This document shows positions 39,664 through 49,896 of a stretch of DNA of 64,000 nucleotides, in pieces. Source of the stretch: Oceanispirochaeta sp. (lineage in GTDB: Bacteria; Spirochaetota; Spirochaetia; DSM-2461); contig CAXXXD010000004.1 of NCBI GenBank assembly GCA_963663385.2, forward strand, positions 896,001 to 960,000, in the 5' to 3' direction. Each line of letters opens with the position of its first letter. Position 1 is the first letter of the stretch. Position numbers and translations under genes: made by a program. A model generated the notes under the pieces. The model was not told the DNA's origin, ran no database searches, and was given only the letters and a program-made list of their open reading frames with translations.

Positions 39664-40851
39664 ATGGCTAAAGACAAATTTCAGAGAACCAAACCGCATA
39701 TTAATGTTGGTACAATTGGTCACGTAGACCACGGTAAAACAACTCTTACTGCTGCGATCTCTATGTACTGTGCCGCTAAGCAGGGCGGTAAGATCATGAG
39801 CTATGAAGATATTGATAATGCTCCTGAAGAAAGAGAACGTGGTATTACCATCAATACAAGACACGTTGAGTACGAAACTGATGGGCGTCACTACGCTCAC
39901 GTAGACTGTCCCGGACATGCTGACTACATCAAGAACATGATTACTGGTGCAGCTCAGATGGACGGTGCTGTACTTCTCGTTGCGGCAGATTCCGGACCCG
40001 AACCCCAGACCAGAGAGCACATCCTGCTCGGTCGTCAGGTTGGAATTCCCAAAATGATTGTTTTTATGAACAAGCTTGACCTTGCTGACCCCGAACTGGT
40101 CGACCTGGTGGAAATGGAAGTTCGTGAACTTCTGGATGAGTACGGATACCCCGGAGATGATACTCCCATTATCAAAGGATCTGCTTTTGAAGCAATGTCC
40201 AACATTGAAGATGGTGAAAAGACCGCTTGTATCCAGGAGCTCCTGGATGCAATGGACTCTTATTTCCCCATCCCCGAAAGAGCTGTAGATCAGCCCTTCC
40301 TGATGCCCATCGAAGATGTATTCTCCATCTCCGGTCGTGGTACTGTAGTAACCGGACGTATCGAAAAAGGTGTTCTTCACGTTGGTGACAGCATCGAAAT
40401 CGTTGGTGTTAGGGATACTCAGACAACTACCTGTACAGGTGTTGAAATGTTCAACAAGCTGCTGGATGAAGGTCAGGCTGGTGATAATATCGGTGCTCTT
40501 CTCCGTGGTATCGACAAAAAAGAGGTTCAGAGAGGACAGGTTCTTTGTAAACCCGGTTCCATTCTTCCTCATACGAAATTCAAGGCTGCTCTGTACTGTC
40601 TGACCAAGGAAGAAGGTGGACGTCACAATCCGTTCTTCTCCGGTTACAGACCCCAGTTCTACTTCAGAACTACAGATATTACAGGTACAGTTACTCTGCC
40701 TGAAGATAAGCAGATGGTTATGCCCGGTGATAACACCGAGATTACTGCTGAACTGATTCACCCCATCGCCATGGACAAAGGTCTCCGCTTCGCTATTCGT
40801 GAAGGTGGTAGAACCGTAGCCAGTGGTCAGGTTGTTGAAATCGAAGAATAA
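39664..40851 (+). CDS. tuf: Elongation factor Tu
   Basis: [31 protein letters not shown]. Confidence 0.99.
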   Translation: MAKDKFQRTKPHINVGTIGHVDHGKTTLTAAISMYCAAKQGGKIMSYEDIDNAPEERERGITINTRHVEYETDGRHYAHVDCPGHADYIKNMITGAAQMDGAVLLVAADSGPEPQTREHILLGRQVGIPKMIVFMNKLDLADPELVDLVEMEVRELLDEYGYPGDDTPIIKGSAFEAMSNIEDGEKTACIQELLDAMDSYFPIPERAVDQPFLMPIEDVFSISGRGTVVTGRIEKGVLHVGDSIEIVGVRDTQTTTCTGVEMFNKLLDEGQAGDNIGALLRGIDKKEVQRGQVLCKPGSILPHTKFKAALYCLTKEEGGRHNPFFSGYRPQFYFRTTDITGTVTLPEDKQMVMPGDNTEITAELIHPIAMDKGLRFAIREGGRTVASGQVVEIEE

Positions 40852-40859
40852 GATTATTA

Positions 40860-40894
40860 GAGGCACCCTGCTGATATGCGGCAGGGTGTTTTTC
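40860..40894 (+). terminator. Rho-independent terminator or attenuator between tuf and rpsJ
   Basis: GCACCCTGCTG-ATATG-CGGCAGGGTGT followed by a T-run. Confidence 0.7.
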
Positions 40895-40904
40895 TGGAGG
40901 AAGA

Positions 40905-41213
40905 ATGGGTAAGGAACGGATACGCGTCAGGCTAAGAGGATTTGACGTTGAATTGATTGACCAGAGTGCGAAAGCCATTGTTCAGGCTGTTCAGAAACAG
41001 GGTAGTAAAGTTTCTGGACCGATCCCTCTGCCTACGAGGATTAATAAGTTTACCGTTTTGAAGTCAACTTTTGTTAACAAGAAGTCCAGAGAGCAGTTTG
41101 AAATGCGGACTCACAAAAGATTGATAGATATTTTAGAGCCAACCTCTGCTGTAATGGATGCTCTCATGAAACTCGAGCTGCCCGCTGGAGTTGATGTAGA
41201 GATCAAACAGTAA
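40905..41213 (+). CDS. rpsJ: 30S ribosomal protein S10
   Basis: [20 protein letters not shown]. Confidence 0.98.
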   Translation: MGKERIRVRLRGFDVELIDQSAKAIVQAVQKQGSKVSGPIPLPTRINKFTVLKSTFVNKKSREQFEMRTHKRLIDILEPTSAVMDALMKLELPAGVDVEIKQ

Positions 41214-41235
41214 GTAAAGATTGTTGAGGTATTAA

Positions 41236-41856
41236 ATGATTGGTTTGATTGGCAAAAAAGCTGGAATGACCCAGGTGTTTGATGCAGAAGGTATATTAAC
41301 ACCTGTTACTGTTATAAAAGTAGAACCAAATGTAGTTGTAGCTAACAGAACTGTTGATAAAGACGGCTACAATGCAGTTGTCCTTGGGTCCGTTGAGATG
41401 AAATCCAGCCATGTTTCAAAACCTTACGCAGGTCAGTTTAAAGATGATCTGTCCCCTAAAAAACACGTTATGGAGATTCGTGATTTCGAGAAAGAATGTA
41501 ATGTTGGCGATTCTTTCGGAGTGGAATTGATCGAAAATCTTGTTTATGTGGATGTTATCGGAACTTCCAAGGGTAAGGGTTTTCAGGGTGTAATGAAGCG
41601 CCACAACTTCAGTGGTGGACGTGCAACGCACGGTTCAAAATTTCATAGAGCAAACGGTTCTACCGGTATGGCTGCATGGCCTTCAAAGGTAATTAAAGGA
41701 ACCAAAATGGCCGGTCGCATGGGCGGCGAAAAAAAGACTGTTCAGAATCTTGAAGTAGTTCGTGTAGATGCTGAAAAGAATATAGTATTGGTTAAGGGTG
41801 CTATCCCCGGTACAAAAGACAGTATTGTTTTAGTACGTAAAGCCAAAAAGAAATAG
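41236..41856 (+). CDS. rplC: 50S ribosomal protein L3
   Basis: GKKAGMTQ, SKGKGFQG, KMAGRMG. Confidence 0.98.
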   Translation: MIGLIGKKAGMTQVFDAEGILTPVTVIKVEPNVVVANRTVDKDGYNAVVLGSVEMKSSHVSKPYAGQFKDDLSPKKHVMEIRDFEKECNVGDSFGVELIENLVYVDVIGTSKGKGFQGVMKRHNFSGGRATHGSKFHRANGSTGMAAWPSKVIKGTKMAGRMGGEKKTVQNLEVVRVDAEKNIVLVKGAIPGTKDSIVLVRKAKKK

Positions 41857-41869
41857 AGGATAGGTAATT

Positions 41870-42496
41870 ATGGACAAAAAAGTCTTTTCAATTGAAGGCA
41901 AAGAGCTTCGTACTATTACTCTTGACGATTCAGTATTCGCACGTGAAGTAAGCGAAGGATCAATATACAACGCTATCAAGAATGAGCTTGCAAATAAAAG
42001 AGTTGGTACTGCCAGCACAAAGACCAGGAGCGAAGTACGCGGTACGACAGCTAAACCCTGGCGTCAGAAAGGAACCGGACGTGCAAGAGCCGGTCGCAGA
42101 AGATCTCCCGTATGGGTAGGCGGAGGAATAACCTTCGGACCCAAACCCAGGGATTACAGCTATGTTCTGCCTAGAAAGGTAAAACAGCTTGCGATGAAGT
42201 CAATCCTGAGCCTTAAGGCACAGAGTGAAGATAGATTCAAAGTAGTAGAGGATTTCACTGTAGAATCCGGAAAAACCAAGGATATGAAAAATATCCTGGC
42301 TTCCCTGGTTGATGGTGAAAAAACCGTTATCGTTCTTAAGGATGATGACAAGATGATCAGAAGAGCCGGACGGAATCTGCCTAATGTACGTTTTCTTTCC
42401 TATAACAGATTGAGTGCACATACACTTTTCTACGGAAAAAACGTTCTTGTTATGGAAGGTGCGGCTTCAAAACTGAATGAATTTTATGGTGGATGA
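41870..42496 (+). CDS. rplD: 50S ribosomal protein L4
   Basis: KPWRQKGTGRARAG, FGPKPRDY. Confidence 0.98.
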   Translation: MDKKVFSIEGKELRTITLDDSVFAREVSEGSIYNAIKNELANKRVGTASTKTRSEVRGTTAKPWRQKGTGRARAGRRRSPVWVGGGITFGPKPRDYSYVLPRKVKQLAMKSILSLKAQSEDRFKVVEDFTVESGKTKDMKNILASLVDGEKTVIVLKDDDKMIRRAGRNLPNVRFLSYNRLSAHTLFYGKNVLVMEGAASKLNEFYGG

Positions 42497-42504
42497 GGTC
42501 TGAT

Positions 42505-42819
42505 ATGGATTCCTATAAAGTAATCATTGAACCTGTACTGACAGAGAAATCTAATATTCTCCGTGAAGGCGAATCTAAGAAGTATGTCTTTAAGGTTGAT
42601 AAAAAAGCGAACAAGATCCAGGTTATGAGTGCCGTTAAAGACCTCTTCTCTGTAAATCCTGTGAGCTGCAACATTGTGAATGTAAGCGGAAAGAAAAAAG
42701 CAAACGTTCCTGTTTCTGCCAACAGTTTCAAAAGAGGTTTCGGTAGAACAGCAAGCTGGAAGAAAGCAATCGTAACACTCGCTGCCGGCGAGAAAATCGA
42801 TGCTTTTGAAGGTGTATAA
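42505..42819 (+). CDS. rplW: 50S ribosomal protein L23
   Basis: PVLTEKS, ANKIQV, WKKAIVTL. Confidence 0.96.
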   Translation: MDSYKVIIEPVLTEKSNILREGESKKYVFKVDKKANKIQVMSAVKDLFSVNPVSCNIVNVSGKKKANVPVSANSFKRGFGRTASWKKAIVTLAAGEKIDAFEGV

Positions 42820-42833
42820 GGTAGGAGGATTCT

Positions 42834-43658
42834 GTGGCTATTAAAACATATAACCCAAGAACACCGTCCCAGAGATACAGGCAGAGTCTGACTTTTGATG
42901 ACATTACACGGAGTACTCCTGAGAAATCACTGTCTTCTGGTAAATCATCTAAAGCCGGCCGCGGTGCTGGTGGACGGATCAGTGTGCGTCGCCGTGGTGG
43001 TGGACATAAAAGAAAATACAGGGTCATCGATTTTAAAAGAGAAAAATTTGGTGTACCCGGAAAAGTCGCTCAGATTGAGTACGATCCCAACAGAAGTGCT
43101 AATATCGCTCTGATCCATTATCTGGACGGAGAGAAAAGGTATATCATTTGTCCGAAAGGGCTGAAAGTGGGAGACCAGATTGTCAGTGGAGCCGATGCAC
43201 CCATTGAAGTTGGTAACGCACTGCCTCTTGAGAATATTCCAGTAGGTCGTCTTGTACATGCTATTGAGCTTCAGCTCGGTAGAGGTGCTCAGATGGTAAG
43301 AACCGCCGGCGGCTCTGCTCTTATCGCCGCTAAGGAAGGAAAGTATGTTACTCTGAAAATGCCTTCCGGTGAAATGAGAATGGTTCTCAATAAATGTATG
43401 GCTACAATCGGAGAAGTCGGTAACGAAGATCACATGAATGTGAAAATCGGTAAAGCCGGTCGGTCCAGATGGATGGGTAAAAGACCCAAGGTCAGAGGTG
43501 TTGTAATGAACCCCGTAGACCATCCGCATGGTGGTGGTGAAGGTAAAACTTCCGGTGGTCGTCATCCAGTATCTCCCTGGGGTAAACCGACTAAAGGTTT
43601 TAAAACTAGAAAGAAACACAAAAGTTCTGGCAAATTTATTGTCAAGAGACGGAAGTAG
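42834..43658 (+). CDS. rplB: 50S ribosomal protein L2
   Basis: [22 protein letters not shown]. Confidence 0.99.
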   Translation: MAIKTYNPRTPSQRYRQSLTFDDITRSTPEKSLSSGKSSKAGRGAGGRISVRRRGGGHKRKYRVIDFKREKFGVPGKVAQIEYDPNRSANIALIHYLDGEKRYIICPKGLKVGDQIVSGADAPIEVGNALPLENIPVGRLVHAIELQLGRGAQMVRTAGGSALIAAKEGKYVTLKMPSGEMRMVLNKCMATIGEVGNEDHMNVKIGKAGRSRWMGKRPKVRGVVMNPVDHPHGGGEGKTSGGRHPVSPWGKPTKGFKTRKKHKSSGKFIVKRRK

Positions 43659-43667
43659 GAGTAAAGC

Positions 43668-43946
43668 GTGTCAAGATCAATTAAAAAAGGACCGTTTATT
43701 GCTAAAAGTCTTTACAAGAAGGTTGTTGATCAGAATAAATCCGGTGCCAAGGGTATGATTAAAACCTTTTCCCGGACTTCAACAATTATTCCGGAGATGG
43801 TAGGTTTAACGGTTTCTGTATACAACGGAAAGACATGGGTTCCCGTTTATGTAACTGAGAACCTCGTTGGGCATAAACTCGGTGAATTTGCTCCGACCAG
43901 ACTGTTCAGAGGACATGCTGGTTCCGACAAAAAGTCAAAGAGGTAA
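43668..43946 (+). CDS. rpsS: 30S ribosomal protein S19
   Basis: [19 protein letters not shown]. Confidence 0.98.
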   Translation: MSRSIKKGPFIAKSLYKKVVDQNKSGAKGMIKTFSRTSTIIPEMVGLTVSVYNGKTWVPVYVTENLVGHKLGEFAPTRLFRGHAGSDKKSKR

Positions 43947-43954
43947 GGTGAGTT

Positions 43955-44314
43955 ATGGAAGCTAAAAAAGGATATAAAGCAATTGCTAAAAATCTGCCCA
44001 TGTCTCCCAGTAAAATCAGACCTATAGCTGATAACATCAGGAGAAAATCCTATACGGAAGCTGTAGCGATTCTGGAAAATCTTCCCAACAAGGGCGCCAT
44101 GTTCTTGAAGAAGGTTATTCAGTCTGCCGCTGCAAACGCTCTGAACCAGAACAACATGCTGGATGAAGAGTCTCTGTATATCAAAGAACTGCTGGTTGAT
44201 GGCGGACCCATTCAGAAACGGATGTGGCCCCGTTCAAGAGGTAGAGCTGATAGACTGCTGAAGAGATCCGCTCACATTTCTGTAGTTGTTGAAGAATTAG
44301 GTACGGGGGAATAA
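43955..44314 (+). CDS. rplV: 50S ribosomal protein L22
   Basis: SPSKIR, SAAANA, PRSRGRA. Confidence 0.97.
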   Translation: MEAKKGYKAIAKNLPMSPSKIRPIADNIRRKSYTEAVAILENLPNKGAMFLKKVIQSAAANALNQNNMLDEESLYIKELLVDGGPIQKRMWPRSRGRADRLLKRSAHISVVVEELGTGE

Positions 44315-45016
44315 ATGGGACAGAAAGTAAATCCTTACGGTCTCAGACTGGGAATTAATAAAACCTGGAAATCCAAGTGGTATGTGGATCCCAGAGACTA
44401 TGCTGATTCACTGCACGAAGATCTGGTTTTAAGAAAAGCTCTTATGGACAGCCCTGAAGCTAAGGGCGCCGAGATCGGAGATGTTGAGATTATCAGACAG
44501 CCTCAGAGAGTAACAATGATGATCTATACTGCAAGACCCGGTGTTATCATCGGAACAAAAGGAGCCAATATTGAAAAAATCGGTTCCAGACTGCAGAAAC
44601 TGACTGATAAAAAGATCCAGGTTAAGATCAAGGAAATTAAAAAACCTGAAACTGATGCGCAGATAATTGCTTTGAATATCGCTCGTCAGCTCAAGGGGAG
44701 AGCTGCATTCCGGAGAGTTCTGAAAATGACAGCCGGTAATGCCATGAAAGCTGGTGTTAAGGGAATCAAAATCAAGATTTCCGGTAGACTTGGCGGTGCT
44801 GAGATGGCTCGTACTCAGGAAGTGAAAGAGGGAAGAATTCCTCTTCATACTCTTAGAGCAGATATTGATTATGGTTTTGCTGAATCCAATACTACTTTCG
44901 GTGTAATCGGTGTTAAAGTATGGGTTTTCAAAGGCGAAGTTTTCGGTCATGAACAGAAAGATGACGCCGGTCTGCTTGTAAGTCGCAATCAGCGTGAAAA
45001 AGCTGCAAGGAGTTAG
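44315..45016 (+). CDS. rpsC: 30S ribosomal protein S3
   Basis: MGQKVNP.GLRLG, GRLGGAEMAR, PLHTLRADIDY. Confidence 0.98.
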   Translation: MGQKVNPYGLRLGINKTWKSKWYVDPRDYADSLHEDLVLRKALMDSPEAKGAEIGDVEIIRQPQRVTMMIYTARPGVIIGTKGANIEKIGSRLQKLTDKKIQVKIKEIKKPETDAQIIALNIARQLKGRAAFRRVLKMTAGNAMKAGVKGIKIKISGRLGGAEMARTQEVKEGRIPLHTLRADIDYGFAESNTTFGVIGVKVWVFKGEVFGHEQKDDAGLLVSRNQREKAARS

Positions 45017-45020
45017 GTAG

Positions 45021-45434
45021 ATGCTGAGTCCTAAGAAAACGAAGTACAGAAAACGCATGAGAGGCGTTATGAAAGGTGATGCCACCAGATGTAATTCTCT
45101 TAACTTTGGAGAGTGTGGTCTGGTAGCTTTGGATACCAAATGGATTACTGCGAGACAGATCGAAGCTGCCCGTATTGCTATGACTCGTCATATCAAGAGG
45201 GGTGGTAAGGTTTGGATCCGGATTTTCCCCGACATTCCTTATACCAAGAAACCCGCTGAAACCAGAATGGGTAAGGGTAAAGGTAGTCCTGAGAAATGGG
45301 TAGCAGCAGTTAAACCCGGTACGGTAATGTTTGAAATCGGTGGTGTTGACGTAGAACTTGCAAGAAGAGCTATGGAACTGGCCGGTCAGAAACTTCCTAT
45401 CAAAACAAAGTTTGTAGCAAAGGAAACGAGGTAG
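45021..45434 (+). CDS. rplP: 50S ribosomal protein L16
   Basis: [17 protein letters not shown]. Confidence 0.98.
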   Translation: MLSPKKTKYRKRMRGVMKGDATRCNSLNFGECGLVALDTKWITARQIEAARIAMTRHIKRGGKVWIRIFPDIPYTKKPAETRMGKGKGSPEKWVAAVKPGTVMFEIGGVDVELARRAMELAGQKLPIKTKFVAKETR

Positions 45435-45438
45435 TTAG

Positions 45439-45639
45439 ATGAAAGAAAAATATAACGACCTGTCCGTTGAAGAACTGGTAGCAAAGCGTGATGAGCTGAA
45501 TAAAAAACTTCAGAAAATCAGATTTGATATGGTATTGGGACATGTAGAGAACCGTATGGAAAAGCGGAATCTCAGAAGAACTGTTGCCCGTTTGAATACT
45601 ATTATTCACGAGCACGAACTCGGTATCAGGAAAGCGTAG
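45439..45639 (+). CDS. rpmC: 50S ribosomal protein L29
   Basis: Operon position; LRRTVARLNT. Confidence 0.95.
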   Translation: MKEKYNDLSVEELVAKRDELNKKLQKIRFDMVLGHVENRMEKRNLRRTVARLNTIIHEHELGIRKA

Positions 45640-45647
45640 GGGAAATC

Positions 45648-45917
45648 ATGGAAAAAGATGCATCCAAGAAGACGAATAAGAAAGTCTTCACAGGAGTGGT
45701 AGTCAGTGACAAGATGGATAAGACCATCGTTGTTAAGATTTCTACAAAGAAACTGCACCCCCTGTATAAAAAATACGTGAGTAGCTCTGTAAAATACAAG
45801 GCTCACGATGAGCAGAATGATGCTAATGTTGGTGATACTGTCCGCATTCAGGAATGCAGACCTGTAAGTAAAGATAAATGCTGGACTCTTCAGGAAGTTC
45901 TTGAAAGAGCAAAATAA
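45648..45917 (+). CDS. rpsQ: 30S ribosomal protein S17
   Basis: GVVVSDKMDKT, HPLYKK, ECRPVSK. Confidence 0.98.
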   Translation: MEKDASKKTNKKVFTGVVVSDKMDKTIVVKISTKKLHPLYKKYVSSSVKYKAHDEQNDANVGDTVRIQECRPVSKDKCWTLQEVLERAK

Positions 45918-45932
45918 CGCCGGAGGAAATAT

Positions 45933-46301
45933 ATGATTCAGGATAATACATATTTAAATGTAGCTGATAACTCTGGTGCAAAGAAAGTTCAGTGTATCAA
46001 AGTTCTCGGCGGAAGCAAGAGAAAGTATGCCAGTGTTGGTGATATCATTGTCGTGGCAGTAAAAGATGCCCTTCCTAATGCCCCCATAAAGAAAGGTGAT
46101 GTTAAGAAGGCAGTTATTGTAAGGACTCATAAAGAGTACAGAAGGCCGGATGGAACATATATCCGTTTCGATGATAACGCCTGTGTAATTATCGATGCCG
46201 CAAATAATCCCGTTGGAAAGAGAATCTTTGGTCCGGTTGCCCGTGAACTCAGAGATGCTGATTTCATGAAGATTGTTTCACTGGCACCTGAAGTACTCTA
46301 G
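45933..46301 (+). CDS. rplN: 50S ribosomal protein L14
   Basis: [25 protein letters not shown]. Confidence 0.98.
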   Translation: MIQDNTYLNVADNSGAKKVQCIKVLGGSKRKYASVGDIIVVAVKDALPNAPIKKGDVKKAVIVRTHKEYRRPDGTYIRFDDNACVIIDAANNPVGKRIFGPVARELRDADFMKIVSLAPEVL

Positions 46302-46314
46302 GAGATATTGGAAG

Positions 46315-46632
46315 ATGGCAGAAGTGAAGTATAAAATTAAGAAGGGCGATCAGGTTAAGGTTATTGCTGGTAAAGATAGCGGAAAAACCGGAAGAGTCCT
46401 AAAGATCCAGAGAGATACCGGGCGAGTTATCGTTGAAGGTCTTAACATGGTTAAAAAGGCACAGAAGCCGAAAAGCCAGGGTGAAAAAGGCAGCATCATC
46501 GAATTGGAAGCTCCCCTCAATATCTCTAATGTTCAGGTTCTCTGCAAGAAATGCGGACCCACCCGGGTTGGTATCAAAGTTGACGGAGATAGCAAAGTTA
46601 GAATTTGTAAGAAGTGTGGGGAATCCTTATAA
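46315..46632 (+). CDS. rplX: 50S ribosomal protein L24
   Basis: [25 protein letters not shown]; two CKKC motifs. Confidence 0.97.
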   Translation: MAEVKYKIKKGDQVKVIAGKDSGKTGRVLKIQRDTGRVIVEGLNMVKKAQKPKSQGEKGSIIELEAPLNISNVQVLCKKCGPTRVGIKVDGDSKVRICKKCGESL

Positions 46633-47183
46633 TGGCTGGATACGTACCAAGATTAAAAACTGTTTATACAGATAAGATCGCCCAGGACTTGTTCTCTGAA
46701 TTTGGATATAAATCCAAGATGCAGATTCCCAAGATTGAGAAAATTGTTGTCAGCATGGGTGTTGGTGAAGCAATTACCAACAAAAAACTGCTGGACGCTG
46801 CGGTAGAGGAATTGTCTCTCATTACCGGTCAGAAGGTAATGAAAACTAAGGCAAGAAAATCCATCGCTGGATTTAAGATTCGTGAAGGACAGGAAATCGG
46901 TGCCAAAGTAACCCTTCGTGGTGAGAAAATGTATGAGTTTCTGGACCGTTTGATCAATATTTCTCTCCCTCGTGTTAAGGACTTTAGAGGAGTTAATCCC
47001 AAAGCCTTCGATGGAAGAGGGAATTACTCTCTCGGTATTACTGAACAGATCATTTTTCCTGAAATTGACTACGATAAGATTGAACAGATCAACGGTCTGA
47101 ATGTGGCCATTGTAACTACGGCGAAAACGGATGACGAAGCCAGATCTCTACTGGCTAAGTTCGGAATGCCTTTCAGTAAATAG
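46632..47183 (+). CDS. rplE: 50S ribosomal protein L5
   Basis: [26 protein letters not shown] overlap. Confidence 0.98.
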   Translation: MAGYVPRLKTVYTDKIAQDLFSEFGYKSKMQIPKIEKIVVSMGVGEAITNKKLLDAAVEELSLITGQKVMKTKARKSIAGFKIREGQEIGAKVTLRGEKMYEFLDRLINISLPRVKDFRGVNPKAFDGRGNYSLGITEQIIFPEIDYDKIEQINGLNVAIVTTAKTDDEARSLLAKFGMPFSK

Positions 47184-47193
47184 GAGTTTATAG

Positions 47194-47379
47194 ATGGCAA
47201 AGAAATCCATGATCGTTAAATCCCAGAGAAAACCGAAATATGGTGTTCGTCAGTACAATCGCTGCCGGATCTGTGGAAGACCTCGGGGTTATATGAGAAA
47301 ATTTCAGATGTGCAGAATCTGCTTTCGGAAACTTGCTAATGAAGGTATGATTCCCGGCGTAACTAAATCAAGCTGGTAG
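47194..47379 (+). CDS. rpsN: 30S ribosomal protein S14, type Z (zinc-binding)
   Basis: [24 protein letters not shown]. Confidence 0.97.
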   Translation: MAKKSMIVKSQRKPKYGVRQYNRCRICGRPRGYMRKFQMCRICFRKLANEGMIPGVTKSSW

Positions 47380-47388
47380 GAGAGTGTA

Positions 47389-47787
47389 ATGAGTGTTTCA
47401 GATCCAGTAGCGGATATGCTCACAAAAATTAGAAATGCCAGCGCGGCAAAATTCGAGAAGGTCGATATTGCACCTTCCAAGCTCAAGCTGGAAATTATTA
47501 AAATCTTGAAGAATGAAGGTTTTGTCAAAAACTTTAAGAAAGTTACTCAGGATGACACTAGTGTAATCCGGGTTTTCCTTAAATATGATGAAAAAGAAAA
47601 TGCTATCATTCATGGTATTCAGTCCGTATCCACACCCGGTCGGCGTGTGTATACGGGATATCGGGAAATGCCCCGTGTACTGAATGGTTTCGGTACTTTG
47701 ATTGTCTCTACTTCAAATGGTGTAACAACCGGTAAGAAGGCTACTTTGAACAAAGTAGGCGGAGAAATCATCTGTAAAGTTTGGTAG
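47389..47787 (+). CDS. rpsH: 30S ribosomal protein S8
   Basis: [27 protein letters not shown]. Confidence 0.98.
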   Translation: MSVSDPVADMLTKIRNASAAKFEKVDIAPSKLKLEIIKILKNEGFVKNFKKVTQDDTSVIRVFLKYDEKENAIIHGIQSVSTPGRRVYTGYREMPRVLNGFGTLIVSTSNGVTTGKKATLNKVGGEIICKVW

Positions 47788-47801
47788 GGGAGGAGCATTA
47801 G

Positions 47802-48338
47802 ATGTCTCGTATAGGTTTAAAACCTGTAACAGTCCCCAAAGGTGTTACTGTTGCAGTAAAAGATAATCTGCTGACTGTAAAAGGTTCAAAGGGAGAACTG
47901 ACTCAGGACTTCCTGCCCGAAGTTAGTTTTGATATTAAAGACGGTGAAGTGGTTGTTAGTCGAAAAGATGATTCAAAACGATCCAAATCCATGCATGGTC
48001 TTTACAGAAAGCTTCTGGATAATATGGTTATCGGTGTTACAGATGGTTTCAGCAAAGCCCTGATTATCAACGGTGTCGGATACAGAGCAGAAGTTAAAGG
48101 AAAAAGTGTTCTTTTCAACCTGGGTTACTCTACTTCAATCGAGTATATGCTGCCCGAAGGTATTACGGCTGTCGTTGAAGGAAGCAAACTGACGGTTTCC
48201 GGAATCAGCAAAGAACAGGTTGGACTTGTTGCCAGTGAGATTCGCGGTCTGAGACCTCCCGAACCTTACAAAGGTAAAGGTATCAAATATGAAACTGAAA
48301 ATATCAGACGTAAAGTCGGTAAATCCGGTGTTAAGTAG
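47802..48338 (+). CDS. rplF: 50S ribosomal protein L6
   Basis: MSRIG, GVGYRA, RPPEPYKGKG. Confidence 0.98.
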   Translation: MSRIGLKPVTVPKGVTVAVKDNLLTVKGSKGELTQDFLPEVSFDIKDGEVVVSRKDDSKRSKSMHGLYRKLLDNMVIGVTDGFSKALIINGVGYRAEVKGKSVLFNLGYSTSIEYMLPEGITAVVEGSKLTVSGISKEQVGLVASEIRGLRPPEPYKGKGIKYETENIRRKVGKSGVK

Positions 48339-48348
48339 GTTGTAGAGT

Positions 48349-48708
48349 ATGGATAGGATTAAACAGAAGCAGGCTAAACGGCTGCAGAGAAAAAAACATG
48401 TCCGGAAAAAAATCTCCGGTACCGCTGAAAGACCTCGTCTGACTGTATTCAAGAGTAACAAAAACCTGAGTGTTCAGGTTATTGATGACATTAAAGGCCA
48501 TACTCTTGTCAGTGCATCAACCCTTGAAAAAGATCTTTCCGATATTAAAGTAAATGTCGAAGGCGGAGCAAAACTCGGCAAGGTTGTTGGTGAAAGGATG
48601 AAAGCTGCTAACATCAGTACTATTGTATTTGACAGAAACGGATATATGTATCATGGTGTTGTCAAGGCACTCGCCGATGCTACCAGGGAATCTGGCATTC
48701 AGTTTTAA
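48349..48708 (+). CDS. rplR: 50S ribosomal protein L18
   Basis: [20 protein letters not shown]. Confidence 0.98.
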   Translation: MDRIKQKQAKRLQRKKHVRKKISGTAERPRLTVFKSNKNLSVQVIDDIKGHTLVSASTLEKDLSDIKVNVEGGAKLGKVVGERMKAANISTIVFDRNGYMYHGVVKALADATRESGIQF

Positions 48709-48719
48709 GAGGTTTATGT

Positions 48720-49226
48720 ATGGCGTTTAAAGAAAGAAACAGAGAAGAAAAAGAATTTACAGAAAAGCTCATCAGACTGAACCGGGTATCAAAGGCTGTA
48801 AAGGGTGGACGGAAAATGTCTTTCTCTGCCCTGATGGTTGTTGGCGATGGTAAAGGACGTGTGGGGTACGGATTTGGTAAAGCCAATGATGTTGCTGAAG
48901 CGATCCGGAAGAGTGTTGAAAAGGCTAAAAAGAACCTGATTGTGGTTCCTATTAAGAAAAGCACGATTCCCCATGAAATCCTCGGTGAATACAAGAGCGC
49001 ATCTGTATTGCTGAAACCTGCTGCACCCGGTACCGGAATTATTGCCGGTGGACCAGTTCGTGCAGTTATGGAAGCAGCGGGAGTTCATGATATTCTTGCC
49101 AAGTCTTTAGGTTCAAAAAATACAATGAATATCGTTAAATGTGTTTTTAACGGTCTTGAAAATATTTTTGATGCCAGAGAACTTGCTGAAGGTCGTGGAA
49201 AATCCATAAAAGAGTTGTGGGGTTGA
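48720..49226 (+). CDS. rpsE: 30S ribosomal protein S5
   Basis: [21 protein letters not shown]. Confidence 0.98.
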   Translation: MAFKERNREEKEFTEKLIRLNRVSKAVKGGRKMSFSALMVVGDGKGRVGYGFGKANDVAEAIRKSVEKAKKNLIVVPIKKSTIPHEILGEYKSASVLLKPAAPGTGIIAGGPVRAVMEAAGVHDILAKSLGSKNTMNIVKCVFNGLENIFDARELAEGRGKSIKELWG

Positions 49227-49227
49227 T

Positions 49228-49422
49228 ATGGCAGCTAAAGCGAAAAGAATTCGGGTAAAGCTCGTTCGTAGTACAATCGGCCGTAAGCCGGAACAGAGAA
49301 AAACAGTCAAAGCTCTCGGGCTGGGAAAGTTGAACTCCGTAGTGGAGAAGGATGTAAATCCTGCTGTAATGGGAATGGTCGAGTCAGTTTCACACCTGGT
49401 TGAAGTTGAGGAGATTAGCTAG
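49228..49422 (+). CDS. rpmD: 50S ribosomal protein L30
   Basis: RSTIGR..TVKALGL, VSHLV. Confidence 0.96.
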   Translation: MAAKAKRIRVKLVRSTIGRKPEQRKTVKALGLGKLNSVVEKDVNPAVMGMVESVSHLVEVEEIS

Positions 49423-49424
49423 TT

Positions 49425-49886
49425 ATGAGTAGTTTTGAATTGAGAGCACCTGTTGGTGCCAATCGTAATAAAAAAGTACTCGGACGCGGTCATGGGGCCG
49501 GAACAGGTAAAACATCCGGTAAGGGTCATAAAGGACAGAAAGCCAGATCCGGCGGAAACGTAAGACCCGGTTTTGAAGGTGGACAGATGCCTATCTATCG
49601 TCGTGTAGCGGCGAGAGGATTTTCAAACCATCCCTTTAAGAAAGTGTTCGTACCTGTAAATCTTTCCCTACTGGAGAAGAATTACAGTGATGGTGAAGTT
49701 GTTTCTCTTGAAACCTTAGTTGAAAAAGGATTGATCAAAAAATCTGAAACCAGTGTTAAAATACTTGGCAATGGTGAACTGACTAAGAAACTGGAAGTCC
49801 AGGTAAATAAGGTTTCTACCGGAGCAGTTGAGAAAATTGAAAAAGCCGGTGGTAAAGTAACAGTAAAAGAATCCGTACAGGAATAG
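49425..49886 (+). CDS. rplO: 50S ribosomal protein L15
   Basis: GKGHKGQKARSG, GFEGGQMP. Confidence 0.98.
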   Translation: MSSFELRAPVGANRNKKVLGRGHGAGTGKTSGKGHKGQKARSGGNVRPGFEGGQMPIYRRVAARGFSNHPFKKVFVPVNLSLLEKNYSDGEVVSLETLVEKGLIKKSETSVKILGNGELTKKLEVQVNKVSTGAVEKIEKAGGKVTVKESVQE

Positions 49887-49896
49887 TTGGTAATAT

